Assembly: GCA_964016885.1 (NCBI GenBank)
Contig: OZ024743.1
Coordinates: 227,850,001-227,914,000, forward strand
Direction of reading: 5' to 3'
DNA: 64,000 nt
Source of the DNA: Eledone cirrhosa
Taxonomy: Eukaryota
Shown: in pieces, positions 13,785 to 28,104 of the stretch
Layout of the letters: the number at the start of each line of letters is the position of its first letter
Numbering within the stretch: position 1 is the first letter of the stretch
The notes under the pieces: generated by a model
What the model saw: the letters and a program-made list of their open reading frames with translations, nothing else
The model's database searches: none
What the model was told of the DNA's origin: nothing
Made by a program: the position numbers and the translations under genes

Positions 13785-14763
13785 TTAACCTAATATATCC
13801 CTTCCATATACTGTACCAATTGTGTTGTTATTTCTGTTTACCTTTTACATACATACACATATATATATACATATATATGTATACATATCGGTGCTGAATA
13901 GGACCCGTTCCACCCTTGCAAGCAGGGAAAAGTGGACGTAAAATGGTGATGACGATCTGTGTGGGTCTGTATTTGTATGTCTGAATGCGTGTATTTGTAT
14001 ATATATGTTTATCTGTGTGTGTATGTGTATTTGTATGAAAGCATATAACATAAGAATGCATATTTCTGTAAATGTGTAAGCATGAATGTGTATAGACACA
14101 CACAAACACACAGAGTCACTCCCAAACATAAAACTACATAAATCTATATACATAAAAACTATATACATTCCCAGAGAATCTCTAAGATACTGCTTTAGTC
14201 AAAGTAAAAGATATTTAGAAAGCGAGAGAAAAATAGAAAAAGAAAAGGGAAAAAAAGATATATTAAGTCTTTCTGACACTTAATAGTTCCTTAATTTCCC
14301 ACATAACCATCATTGTTTCTGCATTAATATATCTTGTTTTCTCCCTATAATTCCCTTTTAATCATAATTTTACGCTTAGCTTCCGTTTTATATTTCTAGC
14401 AAAATGGTTTGTAGTGATGAAATAATACATAGTCAAATAATGGCAATGAATGAGATGTTAAAATTGGGGAAGGTATATTCCATATGTATGTATGCATATA
14501 TATATATATATTTATTTATATATACATATAAGTGTGTATATACACATACATACATACTATTTATATACATATAGTATGTATGTATATAAATATGTATATA
14601 TATGAGATATGATGTTCCCTAACTGTCTAAGCGTCTTATCCCAAGTAGAACAAAACACTACTTAATATAGATGTAAATCTTACTTTGGTGAATTTAGATG
14701 TTGCTTTAATTCATAGCTAAAAAGCTGGCATTTACTAGAAGTATTATTAAACACACACACACA

Positions 14764-14835
<72 letters not shown>

Positions 14836-14985
14836 TTATATATACATATACTCACACATATATACATACACACATATATATATCTATATATGTGTGTGTG
14901 TGTGTCTGTATAAGAATACTTATATATATATATATATATATGTGTGTGTAAAATCATATAATTTATGTTATTTGCTGGCATAGGT

Positions 14986-15016
<31 letters not shown>

Positions 15017-15169
15017 CTGTGTGTAGGTGTGTATGTATGCAAAAAGTAAACAAATTAATAACTCTGGGAATCTATACAGTAAAATGAAGATATATATTAG
15101 TTTAACACTTGATATATATAACAGTTGATTGACTACAATCCTAGGCTTCATTTGTTTAATGAGTGGGGA

Positions 15170-15360
15170 GGAGCTTGTCAAATCTGGCTGAGGAAACAAT
15201 GGAAACATTGTTTCCTCAGCCGCAAATCCAGGTAGATGAAACAACATGAAATAAAGGGACTTGCTCAAGGACATAACGCATCTTCCAGTCCAGGAATCAA
15301 ACTCACAACTTCATGATTGCAAATCCAATTCTCTAACCACCAGGCGACATGCCTACACAT
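15170..15360 (-). mobile_element. tRNA-derived SINE family B copy
   Basis: Minus strand gtaggcatgtcgcctggtggttagag..gagtttgattcctggact..gtccttgagcaagtccctttatttcatgttgttt. Related copies near 25560, 40400, 41300, 49465, 49620, 51460, 52960, 54760 and 57930. Confidence 0.7.
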
Positions 15361-15394
15361 AATAGGATATAATACAGAATATAATAGGAAAAAA

Positions 15395-15432
15395 ATCTGA
15401 ACATTTCAGATGTTAGTCCTTCATCAGAAGAT
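15395..15432 (-). ncRNA. Degenerate minimal hammerhead motif (family 3)
   Basis: ATCTT-CTGATGA-AGGACTAACATCT-GAAA-TG-TT^-CAGAT; one mismatch next to the core in stem I. Confidence 0.4.
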
Positions 15433-15520
15433 AAAATAAGGGGTAAAAGAAGAAATAGAAAATGGACAAGAGTAAGAAGAAAAAACATGAAAAGTATTAT
15501 TTTGGAGAGAAAGTAGGTGG

Positions 15521-18500
15521 AGTTGTGAAGTGGTGATGTTGTGGAGTAGTGATGGGGTTGGGTTGTGTTGGTGGTGTTGTGAAGTGGTGATGTTGTGGAG
15601 TAGTGATGGGGTTGGGTTGTGTTGGTGGTGTTGTGAAGTGGTGATGTTGTGGAGTAGTGATGGGGTTGGGTTGTGTTGGTGGTGTTGTGAATTGGTGATG
15701 TTGTACAGTAGTGATGGGGTTGGGTTGTGTTGGTGGTGTTGTGAAGTGGTGATGTTGTGGAGTAGTGATGGGGTTGGGTTGTGTTAGTGGTGTTGTGAAA
15801 TGGTGATGTGGTTGGGTTGTGTTGGTGGTGTTGTGAAGTGGTGATGTTGTGGAGTAGTGATGGGGTTGGGTTGTGTTGGTGGTGTTGTGAAGTGGTGATG
15901 TGGTTGGGTTGTGTTGGTGGTGTTGTGAAGTGGTGATGTTGTGGAGTAGTGATGGGGTTGGGTTGTGTTAGTGGTGTTGTGAAGTGGTGATGTGGTTGGG
16001 TTGTGTTAGTGGTGTTGTGAAATGGTGATGTGGTTGGGTTGTGTTGGTGGTGTTGTGAAGTGGTGATGTTGTGGAGTAGTGATGGGGTTGGGTTGTGTTA
16101 GTGGTGTTGTGAAGTGGTGATGTTGTGGAGTAGTGATGGGTTTGGCTTGTGTTAGTGGTGTTGTGTTAGTGGTGTTGTGAAGTGGTGATGTTGTGGAGAA
16201 GTGATGGGGTTGGGTTGTGTTAGTGGTGTTGTGTTAGTGGTGTTGTGAAGTGGTGATGTTGTGGAGAAGTGATGGGGTTGGGTTGTGTTAGTGGTGTTGT
16301 GAAGTGGTGATGTTGTGGAGTAGTGATGGGGTTGGCTTGTGTTAGTGGTGTTGTGAAGTGGTGATGTTGTGGAGTAGTGATGGTGTTGGGTTGTGTTAGT
16401 GGTGTTGTGAAATGGTGATGTTGTGGAGTAGTGATGGGGTTGGGTTGTGTTAGTGGTGTTGTGAAATGGTGATGTTGTGGAGTAGTGATGGTGTTGGGTT
16501 GTGTTAGTGGTGTTGTGAAATGGTGATGTTGTGGAGTAGTGATGAGGTTGGGTTGTGTTAGTGGTGTTGTGAAATGGTGATGTTGTGGAGTAGTGATGGT
16601 GTTGGGTTGTGTTAGTGGTGTTGTGAAATGGTGATGTTGTGGAGTAGTGATGAGGTTGGGTTGTGTTAGTGGTGTTGTGAAATGGTGATGTTGTGGAGTA
16701 GTGATGAGGTTGGGTTGTGTTAGTGGTGATGTTGTGGAGTAGTGATGGTGTTGGGTTGTGTTAGTGGTGTTGTGAAATGGTGATTTTGTGGAGTAGTGAT
16801 GAGGTTGGGTTGTGTTAGTGGTGTTGTGAAATGGTGATGTTGTGGAGTAGTGATGAGGTTGGGTTGTGTTAGTGGTGATGTTGTGGAGTAGTGATGGGGT
16901 TGGGTTGTGTTAGTGGTGTTGTGAAGTAGTGATGAGGTTGGGTTGTGTTAGTGGTGATGTTGTGGAGTAGTGATGGGGTTGGGTTGTGTTAGTGGTGTTG
17001 TGAAGTGGTGATGTTGTGGAGTAGTGATGGTGTTGGGTTGTGTTAGTGGTGTTGTGAAATGGTGATGTTGTGGAGTAGTGATGAGGTTGGGTTGTGTTAG
17101 TGGTGATGTTGTGGAGTAGTGATGGTGTTGGGTTGTGTTAGTGGTGTTGTGAAATGGTGATTTTGTGGAGTAGTGATGAGGTTGGGTTGTGTTAGTGGTG
17201 TTGTGAAATGGTGATGTTGTGGAGTAGTGATGAGGTTGGGTTGTGTTAGTGGTGATGTTGTGGAGTAGTGATGGGGTTGGGTTGTGTTAGTGGTGTTGTG
17301 AAGTGGTGATGTTGTGGAGTAGTGATGGTGTTGGGTTGTGTTAGTGGTGTTGTGAAATGGTGATGTTGTGGAGTAGTGATGAGGTTGGGTTGTGTTAGTG
17401 GTGATGTTGTGGAGTAGTGATGGGGTTGGGTTGTGTTAGTGGTGTTGTGAAGTGGTGATGGTGCTGGGGTGTTGTGAAGTGGTGATGGCGGTCATGTTGT
17501 GAAGTGATGATGGTGGTCATGTTGTGAAGTGATGATGGTGGTCATGTTGTGAAGTGGTGATGGTGGTCATGTGTAGTAGTGATGGTGTTGGGGTGTGTTT
17601 GTTGTGTTGTGTAGTGTAGTAGTGATGGTGTTGGGGTGTGTTAGTTGTGTTGTGGTGTGTTAGTTGTGTTGTGGTGTAGTGATGGTGTTGGGGTGTGTTA
17701 GTTGTGTTGAGTAGTAGTGATGGTGTTGGGGTGTGTTAGTTGCGTTGTGTAGTAGTGATGGTGTTGTGGTGTGGTAGTTGTGTTGTGTAGTAGTGATGAT
17801 GTTGGAGTGTGGTAGTTGTGTTGTGGTGTAGTGATGGTGTTGGGATGTGGTAGTTGTGTTGTGGTGTAGTGATGGTGTTGGGATGTGTTAATTGTGTTGT
17901 CTAGTAGTGATGGTGTTGTGGTGTGGTAGTTGTGGTGTGTAGTAGTGATGATGTTGGAGTGTGGTAGTTGTGTTGTGGTGTAGTGATGGTACTGGGGTGT
18001 TGTAGTTGTGTTGTGGTGTAGTGATGGTGCTGGGGTGTGGTAGTTGTGTTGTGGTGTAGTGATGGTGCTGGGATGTGTTAATTGTGTTGTCTAGTAGTGA
18101 TGGTGTTGTGGTGTGGTAGTTGTGGTGTGTAGTAGTGATGATGTTGGAGTGTGGTAGTTGTGTTGTGGTGTAGTGATGGTGCTGGGGTGTTGTAGTTGTG
18201 TTGTGGTGTAGTGATGGTGCTGGGGTGTGGTAGTTGTGTTGTGGTGTAGTGATGGTGCTGGGATGTGTTAATTGTGTTGTCTAGTAGTGATGGTGTTGTG
18301 GTGTGGTAGTTGTGGTGTGTAGTAGTGATGATGTTGGAGTGTGGTAGTTGTGTTGTGGTGTAGTGATGGTGTTGGGATGTGGTAGTTGTGTTGTGGTGTA
18401 GTGATGGTGTTGGGATGTGTTAATTGTGTTGTCTAGTAGTGATGGTGTTGTGGTGTGGTAGTTGTGTTGTGGTGTAGTGATGGTGCTGGGGTGTGGTAGT

Positions 18501-21500
18501 TGTGTTGTGGTGTAGTGATGGTGTTGGGGTGTGTTAGTTGTGTTGTGGTGTAGTGATGGTGTTGGGATGTGTTAATTGTGTTGTCTAGTAGTGATGGTGT
18601 TGTGGTGTGGTAGTTGTGTAGTGGTGTAGTGATGGTGCTGGGGTGTTGTAGTTGTGTAGTGGTGTAGTGATGGTGCTGGGGTGTGGTAGTTGTGTTGTGG
18701 TGTAGTGATGGTGCTGGGGTGTGGTAGTTGTGTTGTGGTGTAGTGATGGTGTTGGGGTGTGGTAGTTGTGTTGTGGTGTAGTGATGGTGCTGGGGTGTTG
18801 TAGTTGTGTAGTGGTGTAGTGATGGTGTTAGGGTGTGTTAGTTGTGTTGTGGTGTAGTGATGGTGTTGTGGTGTGGTAGTTGTGGTGTGTAGTAGTGATG
18901 ATGTTGGAGTGTGGTAGTTGTGTTGTGGTGTAGTGATGGTGCTGGGGTGTGGTAGTTGTGTTGTGGTGTAGTGATGGTGTTGGGATGTGTTAATTGTGTT
19001 GTCTAGTAGTGATGGTGTTGTGGTGTGGTAGTTGTGGTGTGTAGTAGTGATGATGTTGGAGTGTGGTAGTTGTGTTGTGGTGTAGTGATGGTGTTGGGAT
19101 GTGGTAGTTGTGTTGTGGTGTAGTGATGGTGTTGGGATGTGTTAATTGTGTTGTCTAGTAGTGATGGTGTTGTGGTGTGGTAGTTGTGTTGTGGTGTAGT
19201 GATGGTGCTGGGGTGTGGTAGTTGTGTTGTGGTGTAGTGATGGTGTTGGGGTGTGTTAGTTGTGTTGTGGTGTAGTGATGGTGTTGGGATGTGTTAATTG
19301 TGTTGTCTAGTAGTGATGGTGTTGTGGTGTGGTAGTTGTGTAGTGGTGTAGTGATGGTGCTGGGGTGTTGTAGTTGTGTAGTGGTGTAGTGATGGTGCTG
19401 GGGTGTGGTAGTTGTGTTGTGGTGTAGTGATGGTGCTGGGGTGTGGTAGTTGTGTTGTGGTGTAGTGATGGTGTTGGGGTGTGTTAGTTGTGTTGTGGTG
19501 TAGTGATGGTGCTGGGGTGTTGTAGTTGTGTAGTGGTGTAGTGATGGTGTTGGGGTGTGTTAGTTGTGTTGTGGTGTAGTGATGGTGCTGGGGTGTTGTA
19601 GTGATGGTGTTGGGGTGTGGTAGTTGTGTTGTGGTGTAGTGATGGTGCTGGGGTGTTGTAGTTGTGTAGTGGTGTAGTGATGGTGTTAGGGTGTGTTAGT
19701 TGTGTTGTGGTGTAGTGATGGTGCTGGGGTGTTGTAGTTGTGTAGTGGTGTTGTGGTGTAGTGATGGTGCTGGGGTGTTGTAGTTGTGTAGTGGTGTAGT
19801 GATGGTGCTGGGGTGTGTTAGTTGTGTTGTGGTGTAGTGATGGTGTTGGGTTGTGTTAGTGATGTTGTGAAATGGTGATGTTGTGGAGTAGTGATGAGGT
19901 TGGGTTGTGTTAGTGGTGATGTTGTGGAGTAGTGATGGGGTTGGGTTGTGTTAGTGGTGTTGTGAAGTGGTGATGGTGCTGGGGTGTTGTGAAGTGGTGA
20001 TGGCGGTCATGTTGTGAAGTGATGATGGTGGTCATGTTGTGAAGTGATGATGGTGCTCATGTTGTGAAGTGGTGATGGTGGTCATGTGTAGTAGTGATGG
20101 TGTTGGGGTGTGTTTGTTGTGTTGTGTAGTGTAGTAGTGATGGTGTTGGGGTGTGTTAGTTGTGTTGTGGTGTGTTAGTTGTGTTGTGGTGTAGTGATGG
20201 TGTTGGGGTGTGTTAGTTGTGTTGAGTAGTAGTGATGGTGTTGGGGTGTGTTAGTTGCGTTGTGTAGTAGTGATGGTGTTGTGGTGTGGTAGTTGTGTTG
20301 TGTAGTAGTGATGATGTTGGAGTGTGGTAGTTGTGTTGTGGTGTAGTGATGGTGTTGGGATGTGGTAGTTGTGTTGTGGTGTAGTGATGGTGTTGGGATG
20401 TGTTAATTGTGTTGTCTAGTAGTGATGGTGTTGTGGTGTGGTAGTTGTGGTGTGTAGTAGTGATGATGTTGGAGTGTGGTAGTTGTGTTGTGGTGTAGTG
20501 ATGGTACTGGGGTGTTGTAGTTGTGTTGTGGTGTAGTGATGGTGCTGGGGTGTGGTAGTTGTGTTGTGGTGTAGTGATGGTGCTGGGATGTGTTAATTGT
20601 GTTGTCTAGTAGTGATGGTGTTGTGGTGTGGTAGTTGTGGTGTGTAGTAGTGATGATGTTGGAGTGTGGTAGTTGTGTTGTGGTGTAGTGATGGTGCTGG
20701 GGTGTTGTAGTTGTGTTGTGGTGTAGTGATGGTGCTGGGGTGTGGTAGTTGTGTTGTGGTGTAGTGATGGTGCTGGGATGTGTTAATTGTGTTGTCTAGT
20801 AGTGATGGTGTTGTGGTGTGGTAGTTGTGGTGTGTAGTAGTGATGATGTTGGAGTGTGGTAGTTGTGTTGTGGTGTAGTGATGGTGCTGGGGTGTGGTAG
20901 TTGTGTTGTGGTGTAGTGATGGTGTTGGGATGTGTTAATTGTGTTGTCTAGTAGTGATGGTGTTGTGGTGTGGTAGTTGTGGTGTGTAGTAGTGATGATG
21001 TTGGAGTGTGGTAGTTGTGGTGTGTAGTAGTGATGATGCTGGAGTGTGGTAGTTGTGTTGTGGTGTAGTGATGGTGTTGGGGTGTGGTAGTTGTGTTGTG
21101 GTGTAGTGATGGTGTTGGGATGTGTTAATTGTGTTGTCTAGTAGTGATGGTGTTGTGGTGTGGTAGTTGTGTTGTGGTGTAGTGATGGTGCTGGGGTGTG
21201 GTAGTTGTGTTGTGGTGTAGTGATGGTGTTGGGGTGTGTTAGTTGTGTTGTGGTGTAGTGATGGTGTTGGGATGTGTTAATTGTGTTGTCTAGTAGTGAT
21301 GGTGTTGTGGTGTGGTAGTTGTGTAGTGGTGTAGTGATGGTGCTGGGGTGTTGTAGTTGTGTAGTGGTGTAGTGATGGTGCTGGGGTGTGGTAGTTGTGT
21401 TGTGGTGTAGTGATGGTGCTGGGGTGTGGTAGTTGTGTTGTGGTGTAGTGATGGTGTTGGGGTGTGTTAGTTGTGTTGTGGTATAGTGATGGTGCTGGGG

Positions 21501-23858
21501 TGTTGTAGTTGTGTAGTGGTGTAGTGATGGTGTTGGGGTGTGTTAGTTGTGTTGTGGTGTAGTGATGGTGCTGGGGTGTTGTAGTTGTGTTGTGGTGTAG
21601 TGATGGTGTTGGGGTGTGGTAGTTGTGTTGTGGTGTAGTGATGGTGCTGGGGTGTTGTAGTTGTGTAGTGGTGTAGTGATGGTGCTGGGGTGTGTTAGTT
21701 GTGTAGTGGTGTTGTGGTGTAGTGATGGTGCTGGGGTGTTGTAGTTGTGTAGTGGTGTAGTGATGGTGCTGGGGTGTGTTAGTTGTGTTGTGGTGTAGTG
21801 ATGGTGCTGGGGTGTTGTAGTTGTGTAGTGGTGTAGTGATGGTGCTGGGGTGTTGTAGTTGTGTAGTGGTGTAGTGATGGTGCTGGGGTGTGTTAGTTGT
21901 GTTGTGGTGTAGTGATGGTGTTGGGGTGTGTTAGTTGTGTTGTGGTGTAGTGATGGTGCTGGGGTGTTGTAGTTGTGTAGTGGTGTAGTGATGGTGCTGG
22001 GGTGTTGTAGTTGTGTTGTGGTGTAGTGATGGTGCTGGGGTGTTGTAGTTGTGTAGTGGTGTAGTGATGGTGCTGGGGTGTTGTAGTTGTGTAGTGGTGT
22101 AGTGATGGTGCTGGGGTGTTGTAGTTGTGTAGTGGTGTAGTGATGGTGCTGGTGTGTGTTAGTTGTGTTGTGGTGTAGTGATGGTGCTGGGGTGTTGTAG
22201 TTGTGTAGTGGTGTAGTGATGATGTTGGAGTGTGGTAGTTGTGTTGTAGTTTTGTGATGGTGTTGGGGTGTGTTAGTTGTGTTGTGGTGTAGTGATGGTG
22301 CTGGGGTGTTGTAGTTGTGTAGTGGTGTAGTGATGGTGCTGGGGTGTGTTAGTCGTGTTGTGGTGTAGTGATGGTGTTGGGGTGTGTTAGTTGTGTTGTG
22401 GTGTAGTGATGGTGCTGGGGTGTTGTAGTTGTGTAGTGGTGTAGTGATGGTGCTGGGGTGTGTTAGTCGTGTTGTGGTGTAGTGATGGTGCTGGGGTGTG
22501 GTAGTTGTGTTGTGGTGTAGTGATGGTGCTGGGGTGTGTTAGTCGTGTTGTGGTGTAGTGATGGTGTTGGGGTGTGTTAGTTGTGTTGTGGTGTAGTGAT
22601 GGTGTTGGGGTGTTGTAGTTGTGGTGTGGTGATGGTGTTGGGGTGTGGTAGTTGTGTAGTGGTGTAGTGATGGTGCTGGGGTGTGTTAGTTGTGTTGTGG
22701 TGTAGTGATGGTGCTGGGGTGTTGTAGTTGTGTAGTGGTGTAGTGATGGTGTTGGGGTGTGTTAGTTGTGTTGTGGTGTAGTGATGGTGCTGGGGTGTGT
22801 TAGTTGTGTTGTGGTGTAGTGATGGTGCTGGGGTGTTGTAGTTGTGTTGTGGTGTAGTGATGGTGCTGGGGTGTGTTAGTTGTGTTGTGGTGTAGTGATG
22901 GTGCTGGGGTGTGTTAGTTGTGTTGTGGTGTAGTGATGGTGCTGGGGTGTTGTAGTTGTGTTGTGGTGTAGTGATGGTGCTGGGGTGTTGTAGTTGTGTT
23001 GTGGTGTAGTGATGGTGCTGGGGTGTTGTAGTTGTGTAGTGGTGTAGTGATGATGTTGGAGTGTGGTAGTTGTGTTGTAGTGTAGTGATGGTGTTGGGGT
23101 GTGTTAGTTGTGTTGTGGTGTAGTGATGGTGTTGGGGTGTGTTAGTTGTGTTGTGGTGTAGTGATGGTGCTGGGGTGTGTTAGTTGTGTTGTGGTGTAGT
23201 GATGGTGCTGGGGTGTTGTAGTTGTGTTGTGGTGTAGTGATGGTGCTGGGGTGTTGTAGTTGTGTAGTGGTGTAGTGATGGTGTTGGGGTGTGTTAGTTG
23301 TGTTGTGGTGTAGTGATGGTGCTGGGGTGTGTTAGTTGTGTTGTGGTGTAGTGATGGTGCTGGGGTGTTGTAGTTGTGTTGTGGTGTAGTGATGGTGCTG
23401 GGGTGTTGTAGTTGTGTAGTGGTGTAGTGATGGTGTTGGGGTGTGTTAGTTGTGTTGTGGTGTAGTGATGGTGCTGGGGTGTGTTAGTTGTGTTGTGGTG
23501 TAGTGATGGTGCTGGGGTGTTGTAGTTGTGTTGTGGTGTAGTGATGGTGCTGGGGTGTTGTAGTTGTGTAGTGGTGTAGTGATGGTGTTGGGGTGTGTTA
23601 GTTGTGTTGTGGTGTAGTGATGGTGCTGGGGTGTGTTAGTTGTGTTGTGGTGTAGTGATGGTGCTGGGGTGTTGTAGTTGTGTTGTGGTGTAGTGATGGT
23701 GTTGGGGTGTGTTAGTTGTGTTGTGGTGTAGTGATGGTGCTGGGGTGTGTTAGTTGTGTTGTGGTGTAGTGATGGTGCTGGGGTGTTGTAGTTGTGTAGT
23801 GGTGTAGTGATGGTGCTGGGGTGTTGTAGTTGTGTAGTGGTGTAGTGATGGTGTTGGA
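15521..23858. repeat. 8.3-kb G/T-rich minisatellite array (54-bp unit, then 38-bp unit)
   Basis: 54-bp unit gttgtgaagtggtgatgttgtggagtagtgatggggttgggttgtgtt(a/g)gtggt to ~17450; 38-bp unit gtagtgatggtgctggggtgttgtagttgtgtagtggt from ~17570; + strand almost C-free. Confidence 0.97.
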
Positions 23859-26149
23859 GAATGGTGGCCAACCATCAATACATGTTGCTGGATGCTTTGT
23901 TTTATTTGATTTTAAGGCTTCTAGAACAGTGTAGTGTATGTAAAGTGTGTGTGTAGAGTGTCTGTGTTTGGTGTGTTGTGTATGTGGCATGTGCATTGTG
24001 TGAATGTGTATATATGTGCCTTTGATATGTGTGTGTGTGTGTGAGAGAGAGAGACTACATCTATACATGTATGGCGTGGGATGTGTGCATGTGTGTGTAT
24101 GTGCCTGCATGTGTGCAACCATTGCCTGCATGTGTCCAACCATACATATGCATATATATGTATGTGCACTTATGTGTGTGCACATACATGTATGTGCATG
24201 TGTATATATGTACTTGTTTGTGCACTAGTGTTTGTGCATGTACTTATGTGTGCCATGTATGTGTGCACATGTGTGATTGCACATGAGTGTGTGCAAAGGA
24301 AAAAGAAGCCCTAAAGGGGAGAATTAATTGAACATGTTCAGCAACTCTAATGAAACCCTATAAAATATATGCTCCTCCTACTATCCCTACCCCAAAGGGA
24401 ATAATAAAATGTCTGGGCACATTTACTATGTCCTGGCATACATCCCCCTGCTTCCCCTGCCCTGCCAGTCTGCCCCGCCTAGCCACCAGTCTCTGTGGGG
24501 CAAAGGGAACAGCAGAAAAAGGGAGTGGGGAGAGAGAAAAGAAGATGAGTGAGCAAAAGAGAGAGGGGAAGAGCGAGGGGGAGAGAGGGATGGAGAGGAG
24601 GGGACAGAGAGAAAGGGGAGGGATGAGAGAGAGAGAGAGAAAGAGGAAGCACCAATTTTTTTAGAAGTCCACTCATAGTGTGCATTGCATTTATGAGTTG
24701 TGCCAATGTTCAGATCAGTGTATAGGTGAGTGTCTAATTGTATATGTGTCAGTGCACATTTGTGTTGTGCTTATGTGCATATACGTGTGTGTGTGTGAGA
24801 GAGAGGGAGAGAAAGTTGTATTAGAAAAACAGAGAAAGTAGATTGGATGGGTGCTAAACAAAGCAACTACTACAAAAATATTTTTCATTTATATTTGCAC
24901 ACTAGGAAAATTATTTAGTCACTTGGTCAGCTAGAAACAGTAGCTAAATCTCCCTCAAATCATACTATGCTCTCTTAGAATAAGAAATGTTGCAGAATGT
25001 GGTCCTTAATGCCCTGTACAGAGGATTGTGTGGGATGAAGAAAATGGTATATAGTTACAATATCCTCTATCATGGCTGACGTGGGGCTAAAAAACAACAG
25101 TAATTAAATGTTTCAGGCCTTATTAGTTAATGCAGTGCCGGTGGATATGAAAGTCAAGACCAGGTACGCAGATAATATTGCATCCAAAATCAGATAACTC
25201 CCTAAGCAGACTGAGCGAGTCGATAATCATAAACATGAAAGACGAACACAGACATATGCATACATACACACAACAGGCTTCCATAGGTTTCTGTCTACCA
25301 AATTTCACTCACATGGCATGAAGTTATCGTAGAAGACATTTGCCCAAGATGACACAATGGGACTGAAACGAAAACCAGGCGTTTGTGATTGAATTCTATA
25401 ATCACAGAATCAGGACTAGCTTCAATTATAGTGTTTCACTTATTTTAACATTACTGAAATTTACAGCTTACATCTACGTAGGTTTATTTCACTTGCTTCA
25501 AGCTACATGCCATTGAAGGTTATGTGGTTGTTTTAATAATAGTAGCTCCAGTCCCCTCATGAAAACCTATATGAAATGAAATGTCTTGCTCAAGAATAAA
25601 TGCTGCCCAGTCCAGGAATAAAACCCACGGTCTCATGATTGTAAGACCAACATCCTAACCACTGAGTCACATGCTTTCATATAGTTAAGTGGAGTTTATA
25701 TGAATATTATCTAACCTGAATAGGTTAAATAGAGTATTTTATAGAGATAGTCTGGAATTACCAAATCCTTTGATTGTCAGTGCAGCCTGGGAGGTTCAAA
25801 GTCAAACACAGCTGTCTGTCTGGCTGTCAGTCTTCATTAAAGACATGGTTTAACTACTATTCTTACTCTCTTCATTCTTTATGACTCCAGTGAAAAAATA
25901 ACATTTTCCCAATCTTGGCAACGATGAGAAAAAGAATGGCAGTGAAATTTATGTATGAGTATGTGTGTGTGTGTGTATGAATATATATATATACATATAT
26001 GTATGTGTGTGTTTGTGTATGTGTGTGTAATATATTTACGTTGAGGAAAGGACTAGTATGAACATTAATCTTAATAGAGTTCCTGTGTTATTGAAAGACA
26101 ATATACATTTACAATAAACAAAAAACTGGTGTGTGAACCGGCAACAATA

Positions 26150-26860
<711 letters not shown>

Positions 26861-27274
26861 ATGACCAAGTTTCTATGCATGGAAGGAAAGAGAGATAGGG
26901 ACTGTAAGAGTGTGTGAAAGGGTGGGAAGTGGTACTTGAACAATGAATAAACAATACAGATCCCAGACCTAGAACAAGATACACAGACTGAGTGAAAACA
27001 AAAGATTAACAACTAAGAAATCCCGTAAACACCACCAATATTACCACACATACCACTCCCAAGACCAGCACAAGACTGACAACAGAAAAAAACAAAAACT
27101 AAAACTGAAAGAGCAGACACAAGAACAAATAAAATAAACAAGACAAGAAAATCATCTCTAAAATTGTGTTAGTGAAATCACTATTGGTAGACAGTTATGT
27201 GTTGTAGAGGAGGGGGTGTGAGGAGGGTGAGGAGGAAGAGGGAGAGGAGGATAAGGAAGAGGAGGTGGTGGTAA

Positions 27275-27432
27275 AGAAGAAGAAAAGAAAAAGAAAAGAA
27301 AAGAAAAAGAAAAGAAGAAAAAGAAAAAGCAAAAGAAGAGAAGAAAAAGAAAAGAAAAAGAAGAAAAAGAAGAAAAAGAAGAAGAAAAAGAAGAAAAAGA
27401 AGAAGAAGAAGAAGAAGAAGAAGAAGAAGAAG
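27275..27432. repeat. A/G-rich and (GAA)n polypurine tract
   Basis: Read directly. Confidence 0.95.
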
Positions 27433-27862
27433 CTATTATGTGAAGTTCAGAAGGTCTTATAGCCTGGAGATCAGTGTAATTAACAGAACTATATATATAT
27501 ATATCTATATATATCTATATATATATATCTATATATATAACTATATATATATATATATAAACACATGTACATCTACACACTCACACATTCATGTAAATAT
27601 ATATATATATGTAAGTATATATATACCAAAGAAAAATACTGTTCTTTTATCCTTAAGATATTACAGAATTACAGACAGATTTTCTAGGATCCTGTCTTCC
27701 TCCATGCTCAATCACACTATATTACCAATAGCAATTACTATTGCCATAATGTGTCTTCACTTTGTAATTAGATGTCTCGGTTGTAGAAGAGAAAATGGTG
27801 TGCATTTGTGCATGTGTACATACCTATATATATATATATATACACACACACATATATGCAAT

Positions 27863-27913
<51 letters not shown>

Positions 27914-28070
27914 GATATATAAATGTATGTATATATATATATATGGAGAAAATAGTAGAATAACTATATGTGTACATTCCTCCTCGTTAATTTTTTTTCT
28001 TTGTGTTCTTTCATCTATTTTGCTATATTTTCTCTCTCCCAAACAATATGTCTTCTCTCTCTCATTCTGA

Positions 28071-28104
28071 CTTCTGACGAAGGAGTCTTATTCGAAATAT
28101 TAAG
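28071..28104 (+). ncRNA. Degenerate minimal hammerhead motif (family 3)
   Basis: CTT-CTGACGA-AGGAGTCTTATTC-GAAA-TA-TT^-AAG: 3-bp stem I, palindromic ATAT stem III; preceded by a pyrimidine-rich tract, as is the 15395 copy. Confidence 0.4.

Noticed and set aside
15521-23858. CRISPR-like or telomeric interpretation of the array
   Set aside because: No unique spacers, no cas genes, eukaryotic context, and no TTAGGG array.
23446-24185. Mucin-like Thr/His/Pro ORFs
   Set aside because: The 38-bp unit is not a multiple of 3 and the array contains stops; this is minisatellite, not coding sequence.
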